Assembly (NCBI GenBank): GCA_035519555.1
Contig: DATIWG010000004.1
Coordinates: 6,037 to 70,036 of the forward strand
Direction: 5' to 3'
Origin: Nitrosotalea sp.
Lineage (GTDB): Bacteria > Methylomirabilota > Methylomirabilia > Rokubacteriales > CSP1-6
Length of the DNA: 64,000 nt
Made by a program: the position numbers and the translations under genes. Of this stretch, positions 9,686 to 18,671 are shown one piece after another. A model generated the notes under the pieces. It saw only the letters and a program-made list of their open reading frames with translations, did no database searches and was not told where the DNA came from. The stretch's first letter is position 1; the number at the start of each line of letters is the position of its first letter.

Positions 9686-10450
9686 ATGCGATATGCTTCG
9701 TACCCCAGCCTCGAGGACCGGGTCGTCTTCGTGACGGGTGGCGGCAGCGGGATCGGCGCGTCCATCGTCGAGCACCTGTGCGCCCAGCGCGCCCGCGTGG
9801 CGTTCGTGGATGTCCAGCGCGAGGCCTCGGCGGCGCTCGTCGAGCGCATCGCGGCCCGGGGCTTGCCCGCTCCGGCCTTCATCCCGTGCGATCTGCGCGA
9901 CATCGCGGCGCTGCGGGCGGCCGTCACCGAGGCGCGGGCGCGGCTCGGGCCGGCCCGGGTCCTCGTCAACAACGCGGCCCACGACGAGCGCCACACCATC
10001 GAGAGCGTGACGCCGGAGTACTGGGACGATCGATTCGCGGTGAACCTACGCCACCAGTTCTTCGCGGCACAGGCGGTCGCGCCCGAGATGGCGGCCGCCG
10101 GCGGGGGCTCGATCATCAACTTCGGCTCGACGTCGTGGCTGGTCGGTCAGGGCGGCATGCCCGCGTACCTGAGCGCCAAGGCCGCGGTGGCGGGCCTCAC
10201 CCGCGCGCTCGCTCGCGATCTCGGGCCGAGGAACATCCGCGTGAACGCGGTCGTGCCCGGCTGGATCATGACCGAGCGGCAGATCGCGCTCTGGCTCACG
10301 CCCGAAGGCGAGCAGGAGCTGCTCCGTCGCCAGTGCCTGAAGCGCAAGCTCCTCCCGGAGGACATCGCACGCGTCGTGCTCTTCCTCGCCGCCGACGACA
10401 GCGATGCCTGCACCAACCAGAGCTACGTGGTCGACGGGGGCTGGGTGTAG
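9686..10450 (+). CDS. SDR oxidoreductase, D-xylose dehydrogenase (Caulobacter XylB)-like
   Basis: YPSL...VFVTGGGSGIG, NNAAHDERH, YWDDRFAVNLRHQFF, YxxxK, RQIALW, QCLK, DGGW closely follow XylB as I recall it; GGAGG RBS before ATG 9686. Confidence 0.8.
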   Translation: MRYASYPSLEDRVVFVTGGGSGIGASIVEHLCAQRARVAFVDVQREASAALVERIAARGLPAPAFIPCDLRDIAALRAAVTEARARLGPARVLVNNAAHDERHTIESVTPEYWDDRFAVNLRHQFFAAQAVAPEMAAAGGGSIINFGSTSWLVGQGGMPAYLSAKAAVAGLTRALARDLGPRNIRVNAVVPGWIMTERQIALWLTPEGEQELLRRQCLKRKLLPEDIARVVLFLAADDSDACTNQSYVVDGGWV

Positions 10451-10583
10451 CGCGCGCTCCCACTCCCGAACCCGCGCCGCCCCCACCCTCGCCCGCGACC
10501 ACCGAGCGGAGTATAGTCCCCGGGGAGTCGGCTCCATGCGATGAGCCGGCCGATGCTCCAACGCAGGGAGGCCTGAGAGCACG

Positions 10584-10721
10584 ATGCCCGGCACAGTCGG
10601 ATTCGTCGGTCTCGGCGCAATGGGCGGCCCCATGGCGCAGAACCTCGTCAAGCACGGCTCCGCGGTCGCGGAGGTCCTCGAGCGGCTCGCCGGCGTGACG
10701 GTGGGCAAGGGGGCGAAGTGA
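10584..10721 (+). pseudogene. Internally deleted relic of a 3-hydroxyisobutyrate/6-phosphogluconate-type NAD(P) dehydrogenase (45 aa)
   Basis: MPGTVGFVGLGAMGGPMAQNLVKHG (Rossmann GxGxxG start) is fused in frame to SAVAEVLERLAGVTVGKGAK (family C-terminus; compare SAIIEVLR in paralog 43929-44813). GGGAGG RBS; TGA overlaps the next ATG. Confidence 0.75.
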
Positions 10722-11404
10722 TGGCGATCTACGTCCTGGTCCACGGGGCATTCCAGGGGGGGTGGATCTGGAAGCCGGTGGTGGAGCGGCTGCGGGCCGC
10801 CGGGCACCTCGTGTACGCGCCCACGCTCGACGGCTGCGCGGAGCGGAAGGAGCAGGTGCGGCCCGGGATCACGGTGAGCACCCACGCCCGCGAGGTGGCC
10901 GGGCTCCTCTTCTACGAGGACCTGCGCGACGTCGTGCTGGTCGGCACCAGCTCGGGCGGCATGGTGATCTGCATGGCGGCCGAGCTGGGCGCGGACCGGA
11001 TCGCCCGCCTCGTGTTCGTGGACGCGCTGGCCCTGCTGCCCGGCGAGCGGGTGGCCGACATCGTGACCCGGCCCCCGGGCGAGGTCACCGCGGTGACCAC
11101 CGGCCCGACGCGCGCCGACGCGGAGGCGCGCATGTTCGCCGACCTCGAGCCGGCCGTGCGCGCGTGGGCGCTGGCGCGGTACACGCCGCATCCGATCGCG
11201 GCGCTCGAGGCCCCGATGGAGCCGACGACGTTCTGGGGGCGCGCGTGGCCCGCGAAGGTCATCCGCTGCAAGCGGGCCAAGAATCCGCCCGAGGCGCACC
11301 AGCGCCGCACCGCCGAGCGTCTCAAGGCGGGCTACACCGAGATGGACACGGGCCACTACCCCATGCTGAGCCAGCCCGCCGAGCTGGTCCGGCTGCTGAC
11401 ATAG
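10721..11404 (+). CDS. Alpha/beta hydrolase (esterase family)
   Basis: VLVHGAFQGGWIW, nucleophile elbow GTSSGG, DTGHYPML. Confidence 0.88.
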   Translation: MAIYVLVHGAFQGGWIWKPVVERLRAAGHLVYAPTLDGCAERKEQVRPGITVSTHAREVAGLLFYEDLRDVVLVGTSSGGMVICMAAELGADRIARLVFVDALALLPGERVADIVTRPPGEVTAVTTGPTRADAEARMFADLEPAVRAWALARYTPHPIAALEAPMEPTTFWGRAWPAKVIRCKRAKNPPEAHQRRTAERLKAGYTEMDTGHYPMLSQPAELVRLLT

Positions 11405-11415
11405 GAGGGGCAGGC

Positions 11416-11592
11416 ATGAAGAATGTCGAGATGAGTGTGAACGGCAACATCCTGACCATCAAGGTCGACCTGTCGAAAGAGTTCGGGCCGTCGTCATCCG
11501 GCAAGACCATCATCGTCGCCTCCACCGAGGGCAACGTGACGATCGAGGACCGCGCCGAGAAGGTCGGACTGAACGTCTACCGCAAGAAGTAG
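11416..11592 (+). CDS. Small hypothetical protein (58 aa, beta-rich)
   Basis: GGAGGGG RBS; MKNVEMSVNGNILTIKVDLSKEFGPSSSGKTIIVASTEGNV...VGLNVYRKK; missed by the ORF track. Confidence 0.8.
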   Translation: MKNVEMSVNGNILTIKVDLSKEFGPSSSGKTIIVASTEGNVTIEDRAEKVGLNVYRKK

Positions 11593-11623
11593 CGCCCGGC
11601 GGCCCCCCTAGACTCCCGGCGAC

Positions 11624-13258
11624 ATGGTTCGAGAGCAGGCGCCGTGGCGTGAGTGGACGCTGGTCCATCTGCTGCGCCGTCAAGCCGCTGAGCAGGACCA
11701 CCGGCCGTTCGTCCGCTTCGAGCACGGTCCGGCCTTCACGTTCCGCGCGCTCGACGCATGGACCGATGAGCTGGCCGGGTCGCTGGCCGCGCTCGGGGTG
11801 CGCCCCGGCGATCGCGTGCTGGGCCTGATCGGCAATCGAGCCGAGTCGATCGGGATGCTCTTCGCCACCGTGAAGCTCGGCGCGGTCTGGGTGCCGGTCA
11901 ACACCGGCCTGCGTGGCGCGTTCCTCCAGCATCAGCTGCACAACGCCGAGCCGCGCGTCGTCGTCCTGGAGGACCGCCTGGCCGTGAACTTCAGCGAGGT
12001 CGCGCCCGGATCGGTGGTCCCCGAGGCGCTGGTGATCGTCGGCGAGGCAGCCACGCCGACGCCGCCGTGCCTGGCCGCGGCGCGGCGGCTCGCGCTCTCC
12101 GACCTGCGCGCGCTCCGCGCGCCGGCGGACCTCGAGCTCGTGACCCCGGTGCCGGGTGACGTGGCCATGATCATGTACACGTCGGGCACGACCGGCCCGT
12201 CGAAGGGCGTGCTGATCCCCCACGGCCACTGCTACCTGGCCGGCCTCGGGCTAGCGGAGGCGACAGCCCTCACCGCGGCCGATCGCTACTTCGTCTGCAT
12301 GCCCCTGTTCCACGCCAACGCCTTGCTGATGCAGTTCGTGGGTAGCCTCATCGCGGGGGCCCAGGTGGCAGTGACCGAGCGCTTCCGGGCGACGAGCTGG
12401 CTCGAGGAGGTGCGCGCCGCCGAGGCCACGATCACGAACGGCCTCGGCGTCATTCCCGAGTTCATCTTCCGCCAGCCCCCGACCGACCGCGACCGGGACC
12501 ACCGCCTGCGACTGATGATGGCGGTGCCCATCGCGCCCGAGTGGGGCGCGGCCTTCGAGCGACGCTTCGGCGTGCCCTTCATGCAGGGCTTCGGCATGAC
12601 CGAGTGCAATATCGTCGCCTATACGCGGCCGGGCGACGTGCTCGTGCCCGGCTGTGCCGGGTACCCGCTGGCCGAGTGGTTCGAGGTCGGCATCGCCGAT
12701 CCCGACACCGACGCGGTGCTTCCCGTGGGCCAGACCGGCGAGATCGTGGTGCGGCCGAAGCTTCCGGGCTGCGTCATGGCCGGCTATTTCCGCATGCCCG
12801 AGAAGACCGTCGAGGCGTGGCGCAACCTGTGGTTTCACACCGGCGACGCCGGCCGGTTCGACGACGCGGGTCGGCTGCACTACGTCGATCGCATCAAGGA
12901 CTGCATCCGACGGCGGGGCGAGAACATCTCGAGCTTCGAGATCGAGCAGGTTCTCAACGCGCATCCCGCGGTCGCCGAATCGGCGGTGGTCGGTATCAAG
13001 GTGGCCGGCGCGGGGGGAGAGGACGAGGTGAAGGCCTACGTCGTGCCGGCCGCCGGCGCGGTGGTCGATCCGGTGAAGCTGCTCGACTGGTGCGTGCCCC
13101 GGATGCCGCACTTCGCGGTGCCGCGCTTCGTGGAGGTCGTGGCCGGCGAGCTGGCGAAGACCCCCACCGGGAAGCTGCAGAAGACGCCCCTGCGCGACGC
13201 TGGGATCACCCCGACCACCTGGGACCGCGAGTCGATCGGCTACGTGGTCCGGCGTTGA
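11624..13258 (+). CDS. AMP-binding acyl-CoA synthetase (CaiC-like)
   Basis: YTSGTTGPSKG, MPLFHANA, GFGMTE, WFHTGD, DRIKDCIRRRGENISS, KTPTGKLQK. Confidence 0.9.
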   Translation: MVREQAPWREWTLVHLLRRQAAEQDHRPFVRFEHGPAFTFRALDAWTDELAGSLAALGVRPGDRVLGLIGNRAESIGMLFATVKLGAVWVPVNTGLRGAFLQHQLHNAEPRVVVLEDRLAVNFSEVAPGSVVPEALVIVGEAATPTPPCLAAARRLALSDLRALRAPADLELVTPVPGDVAMIMYTSGTTGPSKGVLIPHGHCYLAGLGLAEATALTAADRYFVCMPLFHANALLMQFVGSLIAGAQVAVTERFRATSWLEEVRAAEATITNGLGVIPEFIFRQPPTDRDRDHRLRLMMAVPIAPEWGAAFERRFGVPFMQGFGMTECNIVAYTRPGDVLVPGCAGYPLAEWFEVGIADPDTDAVLPVGQTGEIVVRPKLPGCVMAGYFRMPEKTVEAWRNLWFHTGDAGRFDDAGRLHYVDRIKDCIRRRGENISSFEIEQVLNAHPAVAESAVVGIKVAGAGGEDEVKAYVVPAAGAVVDPVKLLDWCVPRMPHFAVPRFVEVVAGELAKTPTGKLQKTPLRDAGITPTTWDRESIGYVVRR

Positions 13259-13428
13259 CCACCGTGGTCTACGCGCTCGCGCGGTGGGGCGTCGGCCTCG
13301 GCGGCTATCGGCTCGCCGTTCGCGGAATCTGGGGGCCGCCGCGAGGCGTCACCGGCATGTGGCTGATGCTGTCGGTCGGGCTCGGTCCGGCGGGCTTGAG
13401 AGACCCCCCGTCGCCGGTCACGCCCTGA
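13255..13428 (+). pseudogene. Possible membrane-protein relic resembling a MATE-transporter C-terminus
   Basis: TTG overlaps the upstream TGA; YALARWGVGLGGYRLA...GVTGMWLMLSVGL resembles the YWxVGLPLGYxLA...GxxGxWxGLxxGL end of MATE proteins. Confidence 0.3.
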
Positions 13429-14248
13429 AGTAGGGTCGGTCGCCCTTCACGGTCACCCGGTGGCCGTGGCGCCGCTGCGGGAAGTAGTCCCACATCGCGT
13501 GATGCTGGGCGCAGCGGTTGTCCCAGAAGGCGACCGAGTTGACCCGCCAGCGGAACCGGCACTGGAACTCCGGCGTCTCGATGTGCTGGTAGAGCATGCG
13601 CAGGATCGCGTCGCTCTCGTTCCGCGCGAGCTGGGGGATCCGGGTCGTGAAGGTCCGGTTGACGAAGAGGGCTTTCCGCCCCGACACCGGGTGGGTGCGG
13701 ATCACCGGATGCTCGGCCTCCGGGAACGTCTTGCCGGCGTCGGACACCCCGTAGCGCCCGCGGTAGACATGCTCGCCGCGGTGGATCGCGGTCATGCCTT
13801 CGAGCCACCGCTTCATCGGCTCGGACAGCGCCTCATAGGCCGCGTACATGCTCGCGAACAGGGTGTCGCCGCCGACCGGGGGCAGCTCGTGCATGTAGAG
13901 GATGCTGCCCATCGGCGGCTCCGGGTCGCAGGAGACGTCCGAGTGCCAGTTCTCGCCGGCCACGTGTCTGGACTTCTCGTCGGCGTGGATCACCAGGATC
14001 TCGGGATGGCCCTCCACGAGCCCGGGCGCGGCCGGGTGGACGGCCAGCTCGCCGAACAGGCGACCGAAGGCTTTGTGCTGGTCGGGTGTGAGGTGCTGGT
14101 CGCGGAAGAAGATCACCTGGTTCTCGATGAGCGCGTCGTGGACCTGCTTGAACGTGGGCTCGTCAAGCGGCCGGGAGAGATCGACGCCGCGCACCTCGGC
14201 GCCGATGTGGGGCGTGAGCTTCTCGATGATCAGGCCCTGGTCTCGCAT
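13418..14248 (-). CDS. TauD/TfdA family Fe(II)/2-oxoglutarate dioxygenase
   Basis: IGAEVRGVDL, WHSDVS (HxD), GGDTLFASM, HPVIRTHP, FWDNRCAQHHA. Confidence 0.9.
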   Translation of the reverse strand: MRDQGLIIEKLTPHIGAEVRGVDLSRPLDEPTFKQVHDALIENQVIFFRDQHLTPDQHKAFGRLFGELAVHPAAPGLVEGHPEILVIHADEKSRHVAGENWHSDVSCDPEPPMGSILYMHELPPVGGDTLFASMYAAYEALSEPMKRWLEGMTAIHRGEHVYRGRYGVSDAGKTFPEAEHPVIRTHPVSGRKALFVNRTFTTRIPQLARNESDAILRMLYQHIETPEFQCRFRWRVNSVAFWDNRCAQHHAMWDYFPQRRHGHRVTVKGDRPYFRA

Positions 14249-14339
14249 GGTCGGCTCCTTGTCCCGGTCGGTGGATGCGCGTCGAGCGCGCGCCAACAAT
14301 ACCCCCGGGCCGGGCCCAAGCCAAGCCCGCGCCGCCGGG

Positions 14340-15080
14340 CTAGCGGGCGGGCGGGGGCGGCTCGCCGCAGTCGCCGATGGGCGGCCGCTCGGCGAGATCG
14401 CCGCCTGCCGACGGCGCAGGCTGCGTGGCGTAGCGCGGGCTCGCCGCCGCGGCGGCCACCGCCGCGAAGATCTGCGGCACGCCCTCGGTGTTTGCCATGC
14501 CCACGATCCACTTCGGCAGCGAGCCCGCCGGGTCGGTGAGGACGCAGTACCGCACGTCGGTCGATCGCTCGGAGTCCTTTGCCGGCCGGAGGTCCCAGTG
14601 GCCGCTGTTGATCGAGACGCGGATCGCGGCGGCGCTCGCCCCCGGCGGCAGCCCGTCCTCGAGACGCCACCTGACGGCCCACGCCCGCCCGCGGCCCGCG
14701 TCGCGGTAGCCCTGCTCCGTGATGCGGATGACGTAGTGGCGGTCCTGAACGAAGGGGATCCCGAACGAGAGCCGCTGGTAGTTCACGACCTCCCCCGGCG
14801 CGTCCCGGCTCAGGATACGGCTCTCCTTCACGTAGGGCATGAACTCGGGGTAGCGCTCGAGGTCGGCGACCACCGCCCGCACGACGTGCGGCGGGGCGTC
14901 GATGATGCCCTGCGCGTTGACCTGCTTGACGTCGCGGCCGGGGATCGCGCGCGTCTCGACGGTCGGCGGCGCCGTCCCCGCGGGCTGACCCCACGCGGAG
15001 TGGCCGCCGCCGAGGAGATCGAGCGCGAGAGCGGCGAGGATCCATCGGCGTCGCCCGCGGCCGGTCGGCCCCCTCATCAT
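14340..15080 (-). CDS. Secreted START/SRPBCC lipid-binding-fold protein
   Basis: Signal-like N-terminus; IDAPP..V..VV.D.ERYPEFMPYVKESRIL, DRHYV, NSGHW, TDPAGSLPKWI. Confidence 0.75.
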   Translation of the reverse strand: MMRGPTGRGRRRWILAALALDLLGGGHSAWGQPAGTAPPTVETRAIPGRDVKQVNAQGIIDAPPHVVRAVVADLERYPEFMPYVKESRILSRDAPGEVVNYQRLSFGIPFVQDRHYVIRITEQGYRDAGRGRAWAVRWRLEDGLPPGASAAAIRVSINSGHWDLRPAKDSERSTDVRYCVLTDPAGSLPKWIVGMANTEGVPQIFAAVAAAAASPRYATQPAPSAGGDLAERPPIGDCGEPPPPAR

Positions 15081-15185
15081 CGTAGCTTCGCACGAGCCCG
15101 CCGCCGAAGTACACGCCCAGCCACGCAATACGGGCACGATGTTGTTGACGGGCGCGGCGCATAGAGCATACGGTAGTCGTGCAAC

Positions 15186-18100
15186 ATGAGCCTTCGACGG
15201 CGCACCTACGTGCTGCTCGTCCTCGCGGTGGTCGTCTCGGGTATCGCGACCCACGCGCTCCGCCCCCGCGGTGAAGCCCTCGCGGCGTGCGCCATCCGCA
15301 ACGTCACGCTCGCGGTCGAGGTGTGCCCGCCGGGCGACGTCAAGACCATCCTCGGCGAGGTCGGCTCGCCGGTTCGCGCGCAGCTCCAGGATCAGACACT
15401 CGTGGACTTCGCGCTGGTTGTCTCCTACGTGGGGCTGTGGGCTGCCACCGGCCTCGCGCTCAATCCCGGCGTCGCGGTCCTCGCGGCCATGGCCGGGGTC
15501 GCCGACGTCATCGAGAACCTCGCGATCATCTACGAGCTGTCGCTCCCGGATCCCGTCCCCTTCGTCCGCTGGGCCGCGCTCGCGAAGTGGAGCCTGCTCG
15601 GCGTCGTCTTCATCACGTTCGTGTTCCTGTTCCGGCCGGATCGCCCGGCGGGGGGCGGGCGCGCGCTGGTGCGCTCGGCCACCGGGCTCGCCTACGGGGT
15701 GGCCGGCGTGGTCGCGCTCGGGAGCCTGGTCGACGTGCGCGCCCTCGCCTGGGTGGCCTATCCGCTGGCCGCCGCCGTTGTCCTTCAGCTCCTGCTGCAC
15801 CTCGTCGCCCATCGCGAGTTCGCGGCGGCCCGCGATCTCCGGCTCGCGGCGCGGGCCGCGTCGGCGCCGAGCCTGTCCCTCGAGCGCGTGCTCGCCGAGG
15901 AGTACGAGCGCCTGCACGGTCCACTCGCCGGCAAGGCGGCGGGGGCGGGTGGGCTCGCCGCGCTGTTCGAGGCCATCCACGGCCTCGGCGAGAAGCGCGC
16001 CGCGCTCTGTCTGTCGGGCGGCGGCATCCGGAGCGCCACGTTCGCGCTGGGGGTCCTGCAGGGGCTCGCCCGGCTCAAGATGCTGCCCCGGTTCCACTAT
16101 CTCTCGACGGTCTCGGGTGGCGGCTACATCGGGGCATGGCTGACCGCGTGGCTGCACCGATCCGGCAACGACGTGGCCGCGGTGGCCGACTCGCTCGCCA
16201 CCATCGACGTCGCGCACAAGCTCGCGCCGGAGGTTGCGCCCGTGTCGCACCTCCGCGACTACAGCAACTACCTGGCGCCGCGACCGGGCCTGCTCTCCGC
16301 GGACAGCTGGACCCTGCTCGGCACCATCATGCGGAACCTGATCCTCGTCTGGGCCGTGGTACTGCCGCTGCTCGCGGCCGGGCTGATCGTGCCCCGTCTC
16401 TACCTCGCGCTCATCCAGGCCGCCCCCGGCCCCGCCGCCGAGACCGCGATCGGCGGGCGCATGCTCCTGGCCATCGGGGCGATCTCGCTGGCGTGGGCGG
16501 TCGGGTACATCGGGGCCAGCATTCCGAGCAACACGACCGCGCTGCGGGGCCAGGGGTACTTCCTCGCCCTCTGCCTGCTCCCGCTCCTGATCTCGGTCCT
16601 GTGCCTGACCGTCTACTGGGCGTGGTGGCCCACGCGCGAGTGGAAGCCCTTCGTGAGCTTTGCGGTGGCCGTCCACCTGCTCGCCTGGGCGGGCTACAGC
16701 ATCTGGCTCAGGACGCCGTGGGGCCTCCGCCGTCAGGACGAGGGCGCGCGGGCGAAGGGGTTCCCGGCCGCGCTCGCCGAGCTGCTGATCGTCGTCATCG
16801 CCGGCGCCGCCGCCGGCTACCTCGCCTGGTATCTCGCCACGCTCTTCTTTCCGGCGCGTCCGGGGTTCACGCTGCTCTACGCCTGCCTGGCCCTGGGGGT
16901 CTTCCTGAGCGCGTTCCTGCTCGCGGCCACCCTGCTCGTCGGGCTCATCAGCCGCTGGACGGAGGACGAGGATCGCGAGTGGTGGGCCCGGAGCGGCTCG
17001 TGGCTGCTGATCGTCGGCGTGGTCTGGCTGGTGCTGAGCGCGCTGGTCATCTTCGGCCCCCTGCTCCTGTCCGGGAAGGTCGCGCGCTGGCTCCTCGCCT
17101 CGGTCGGAGGCCTCTCCGGCCTCGTCACCGTGATCGGCGGGTGGAGCGCGAAGTCGGCCGCCAAGCCGGGGACGGCCGCCGGGGCCGGAATGGGATCGAA
17201 GCTCGCCTGGCTGACCCTGCCAACCGCGGCCGGGGTGTTCGCCGCGGTGCTCCTGCTCGCGATCTCGTGGCTGACGAGCGCGCTGCTCGGCGGGCTGGAA
17301 GGTCTCACGCTCGCCCGGCCGCCGGGGCCCTTCCCGACGCAGTGGCCGTTCGTGCAGAGTGATCCCAGCGGGCACGTGGACGTGCTGCTCGCCTCCCCGC
17401 CGTGGCTGGTCCTCGCGGTGGGCACGGGCCTGGCGCTCCTCGGCTGCGCGGTGGCCCTGCTCGTGAACACCAACCGATTCTCGCTGCACGCGATGTACCG
17501 GGCCCGGTTGATCCGCGCGTACCTGGGCGCATCCAATCTCGAGCATCGGCGCAACCCGTTCACCGGCTTCGACGAGACCGACAACATCGGCATGGGCGAG
17601 CTGTGGCCGAATCCGGCGCCGCCCGCGCCGGCGGCCCCGGCCCGCGGCAAGACCGAGCGCAAGGCCCTGTTTCACGTCGTCAACATGGCGCTCAACCTCG
17701 TCCACGGTGATCGGCTCGCCTGGCAGGAGCGCAAGGCCCACAGCTTCACCGTATCGCCGCTGCACGCGGGCAGCATGGCGGTGAATGACGCGGGCGGCTA
17801 CCGCCGGACGCGCGCGCAGCCCGACGTGCCCAACAGCCGCTACGGCGGCAGCGAGGGCATCTCGCTCGGAACCGCGATCACGATCTCGGGCGCCGCGGCC
17901 AGCCCCAACATGGGGTATCACTCGTCGCCACTCGTCACCTTCATGATGACGTTCTTCAACGCTCGCCTCGGCTGGTGGCTGGGGAACCCGGGTCCCGCGG
18001 GCAACGACACCTTCTACCTCTCGAGCCCGCGCTTCACCGTGCGCCCCATCGTGTCCGAGGCTCTCGGCCTGACCGATCGCACGTCGCCGTACGTCTACCT

Positions 18101-18671
18101 CTCGGATGGCGGGCACTTCGACAACCTCGGGCTCTACGAGATGGTGCTGCGCCGCTGTCACGTGATCGTGGTGAGCGACGGCAGCTGCGATGCCAACTGC
18201 AACCTCAACGATCTCGGAGGATCCATCCGGAAGATCCGCGCCGACCTCGGCGTCCCCATCGATTTCCCGGGCGGGATCTCGATCTACCCACGCTCGTCGG
18301 ACCCCGCGACTCTGGCCCGGGGCCTGTACTGGGCAGTGGGACGCATTCGCTATTCCATCGTGGATCCGCCCGCCCCGGCGGCCGATCCCGTCCAGGCCGC
18401 GGCCGATCGCGACGCCCGCGACGGCTGGCTCCTCTACGTCAAGGCGGCTTACTACGGCGTCGAGCCGCCCGACGTCTACGAGTACGCGCGGGCCAACGAG
18501 CAGTTCCCGCACGAGTCGACCGTCGACCAGTTCTTCAGCGAATCGCAGTTCGAGAGCTATCGCGTGCTCGGCCTGCACGCGATCACGCGCCTCGGCGCCG
18601 GCTTCACCGGCGCCTCCCTGGACGAGCTGGTGCGCCACGCCGCCGCGCCGCCGGGGGCTCCGCGCGCCTAG
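15186..18671 (+). CDS. Large membrane-embedded patatin/cPLA2-like phospholipase
   Basis: Oxyanion motif LCLSGGGIRSA, catalytic Ser STVSGGGY, catalytic Asp LSDGGHFDNLG; many hydrophobic segments. Confidence 0.85.
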   Translation: MSLRRRTYVLLVLAVVVSGIATHALRPRGEALAACAIRNVTLAVEVCPPGDVKTILGEVGSPVRAQLQDQTLVDFALVVSYVGLWAATGLALNPGVAVLAAMAGVADVIENLAIIYELSLPDPVPFVRWAALAKWSLLGVVFITFVFLFRPDRPAGGGRALVRSATGLAYGVAGVVALGSLVDVRALAWVAYPLAAAVVLQLLLHLVAHREFAAARDLRLAARAASAPSLSLERVLAEEYERLHGPLAGKAAGAGGLAALFEAIHGLGEKRAALCLSGGGIRSATFALGVLQGLARLKMLPRFHYLSTVSGGGYIGAWLTAWLHRSGNDVAAVADSLATIDVAHKLAPEVAPVSHLRDYSNYLAPRPGLLSADSWTLLGTIMRNLILVWAVVLPLLAAGLIVPRLYLALIQAAPGPAAETAIGGRMLLAIGAISLAWAVGYIGASIPSNTTALRGQGYFLALCLLPLLISVLCLTVYWAWWPTREWKPFVSFAVAVHLLAWAGYSIWLRTPWGLRRQDEGARAKGFPAALAELLIVVIAGAAAGYLAWYLATLFFPARPGFTLLYACLALGVFLSAFLLAATLLVGLISRWTEDEDREWWARSGSWLLIVGVVWLVLSALVIFGPLLLSGKVARWLLASVGGLSGLVTVIGGWSAKSAAKPGTAAGAGMGSKLAWLTLPTAAGVFAAVLLLAISWLTSALLGGLEGLTLARPPGPFPTQWPFVQSDPSGHVDVLLASPPWLVLAVGTGLALLGCAVALLVNTNRFSLHAMYRARLIRAYLGASNLEHRRNPFTGFDETDNIGMGELWPNPAPPAPAAPARGKTERKALFHVVNMALNLVHGDRLAWQERKAHSFTVSPLHAGSMAVNDAGGYRRTRAQPDVPNSRYGGSEGISLGTAITISGAAASPNMGYHSSPLVTFMMTFFNARLGWWLGNPGPAGNDTFYLSSPRFTVRPIVSEALGLTDRTSPYVYLSDGGHFDNLGLYEMVLRRCHVIVVSDGSCDANCNLNDLGGSIRKIRADLGVPIDFPGGISIYPRSSDPATLARGLYWAVGRIRYSIVDPPAPAADPVQAAADRDARDGWLLYVKAAYYGVEPPDVYEYARANEQFPHESTVDQFFSESQFESYRVLGLHAITRLGAGFTGASLDELVRHAAAPPGAPRA

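Noticed and set aside
10459-10494. Six C3 runs (minus-strand G-quadruplex potential)
   Set aside because: Expected by chance at this GC content; no independent support.
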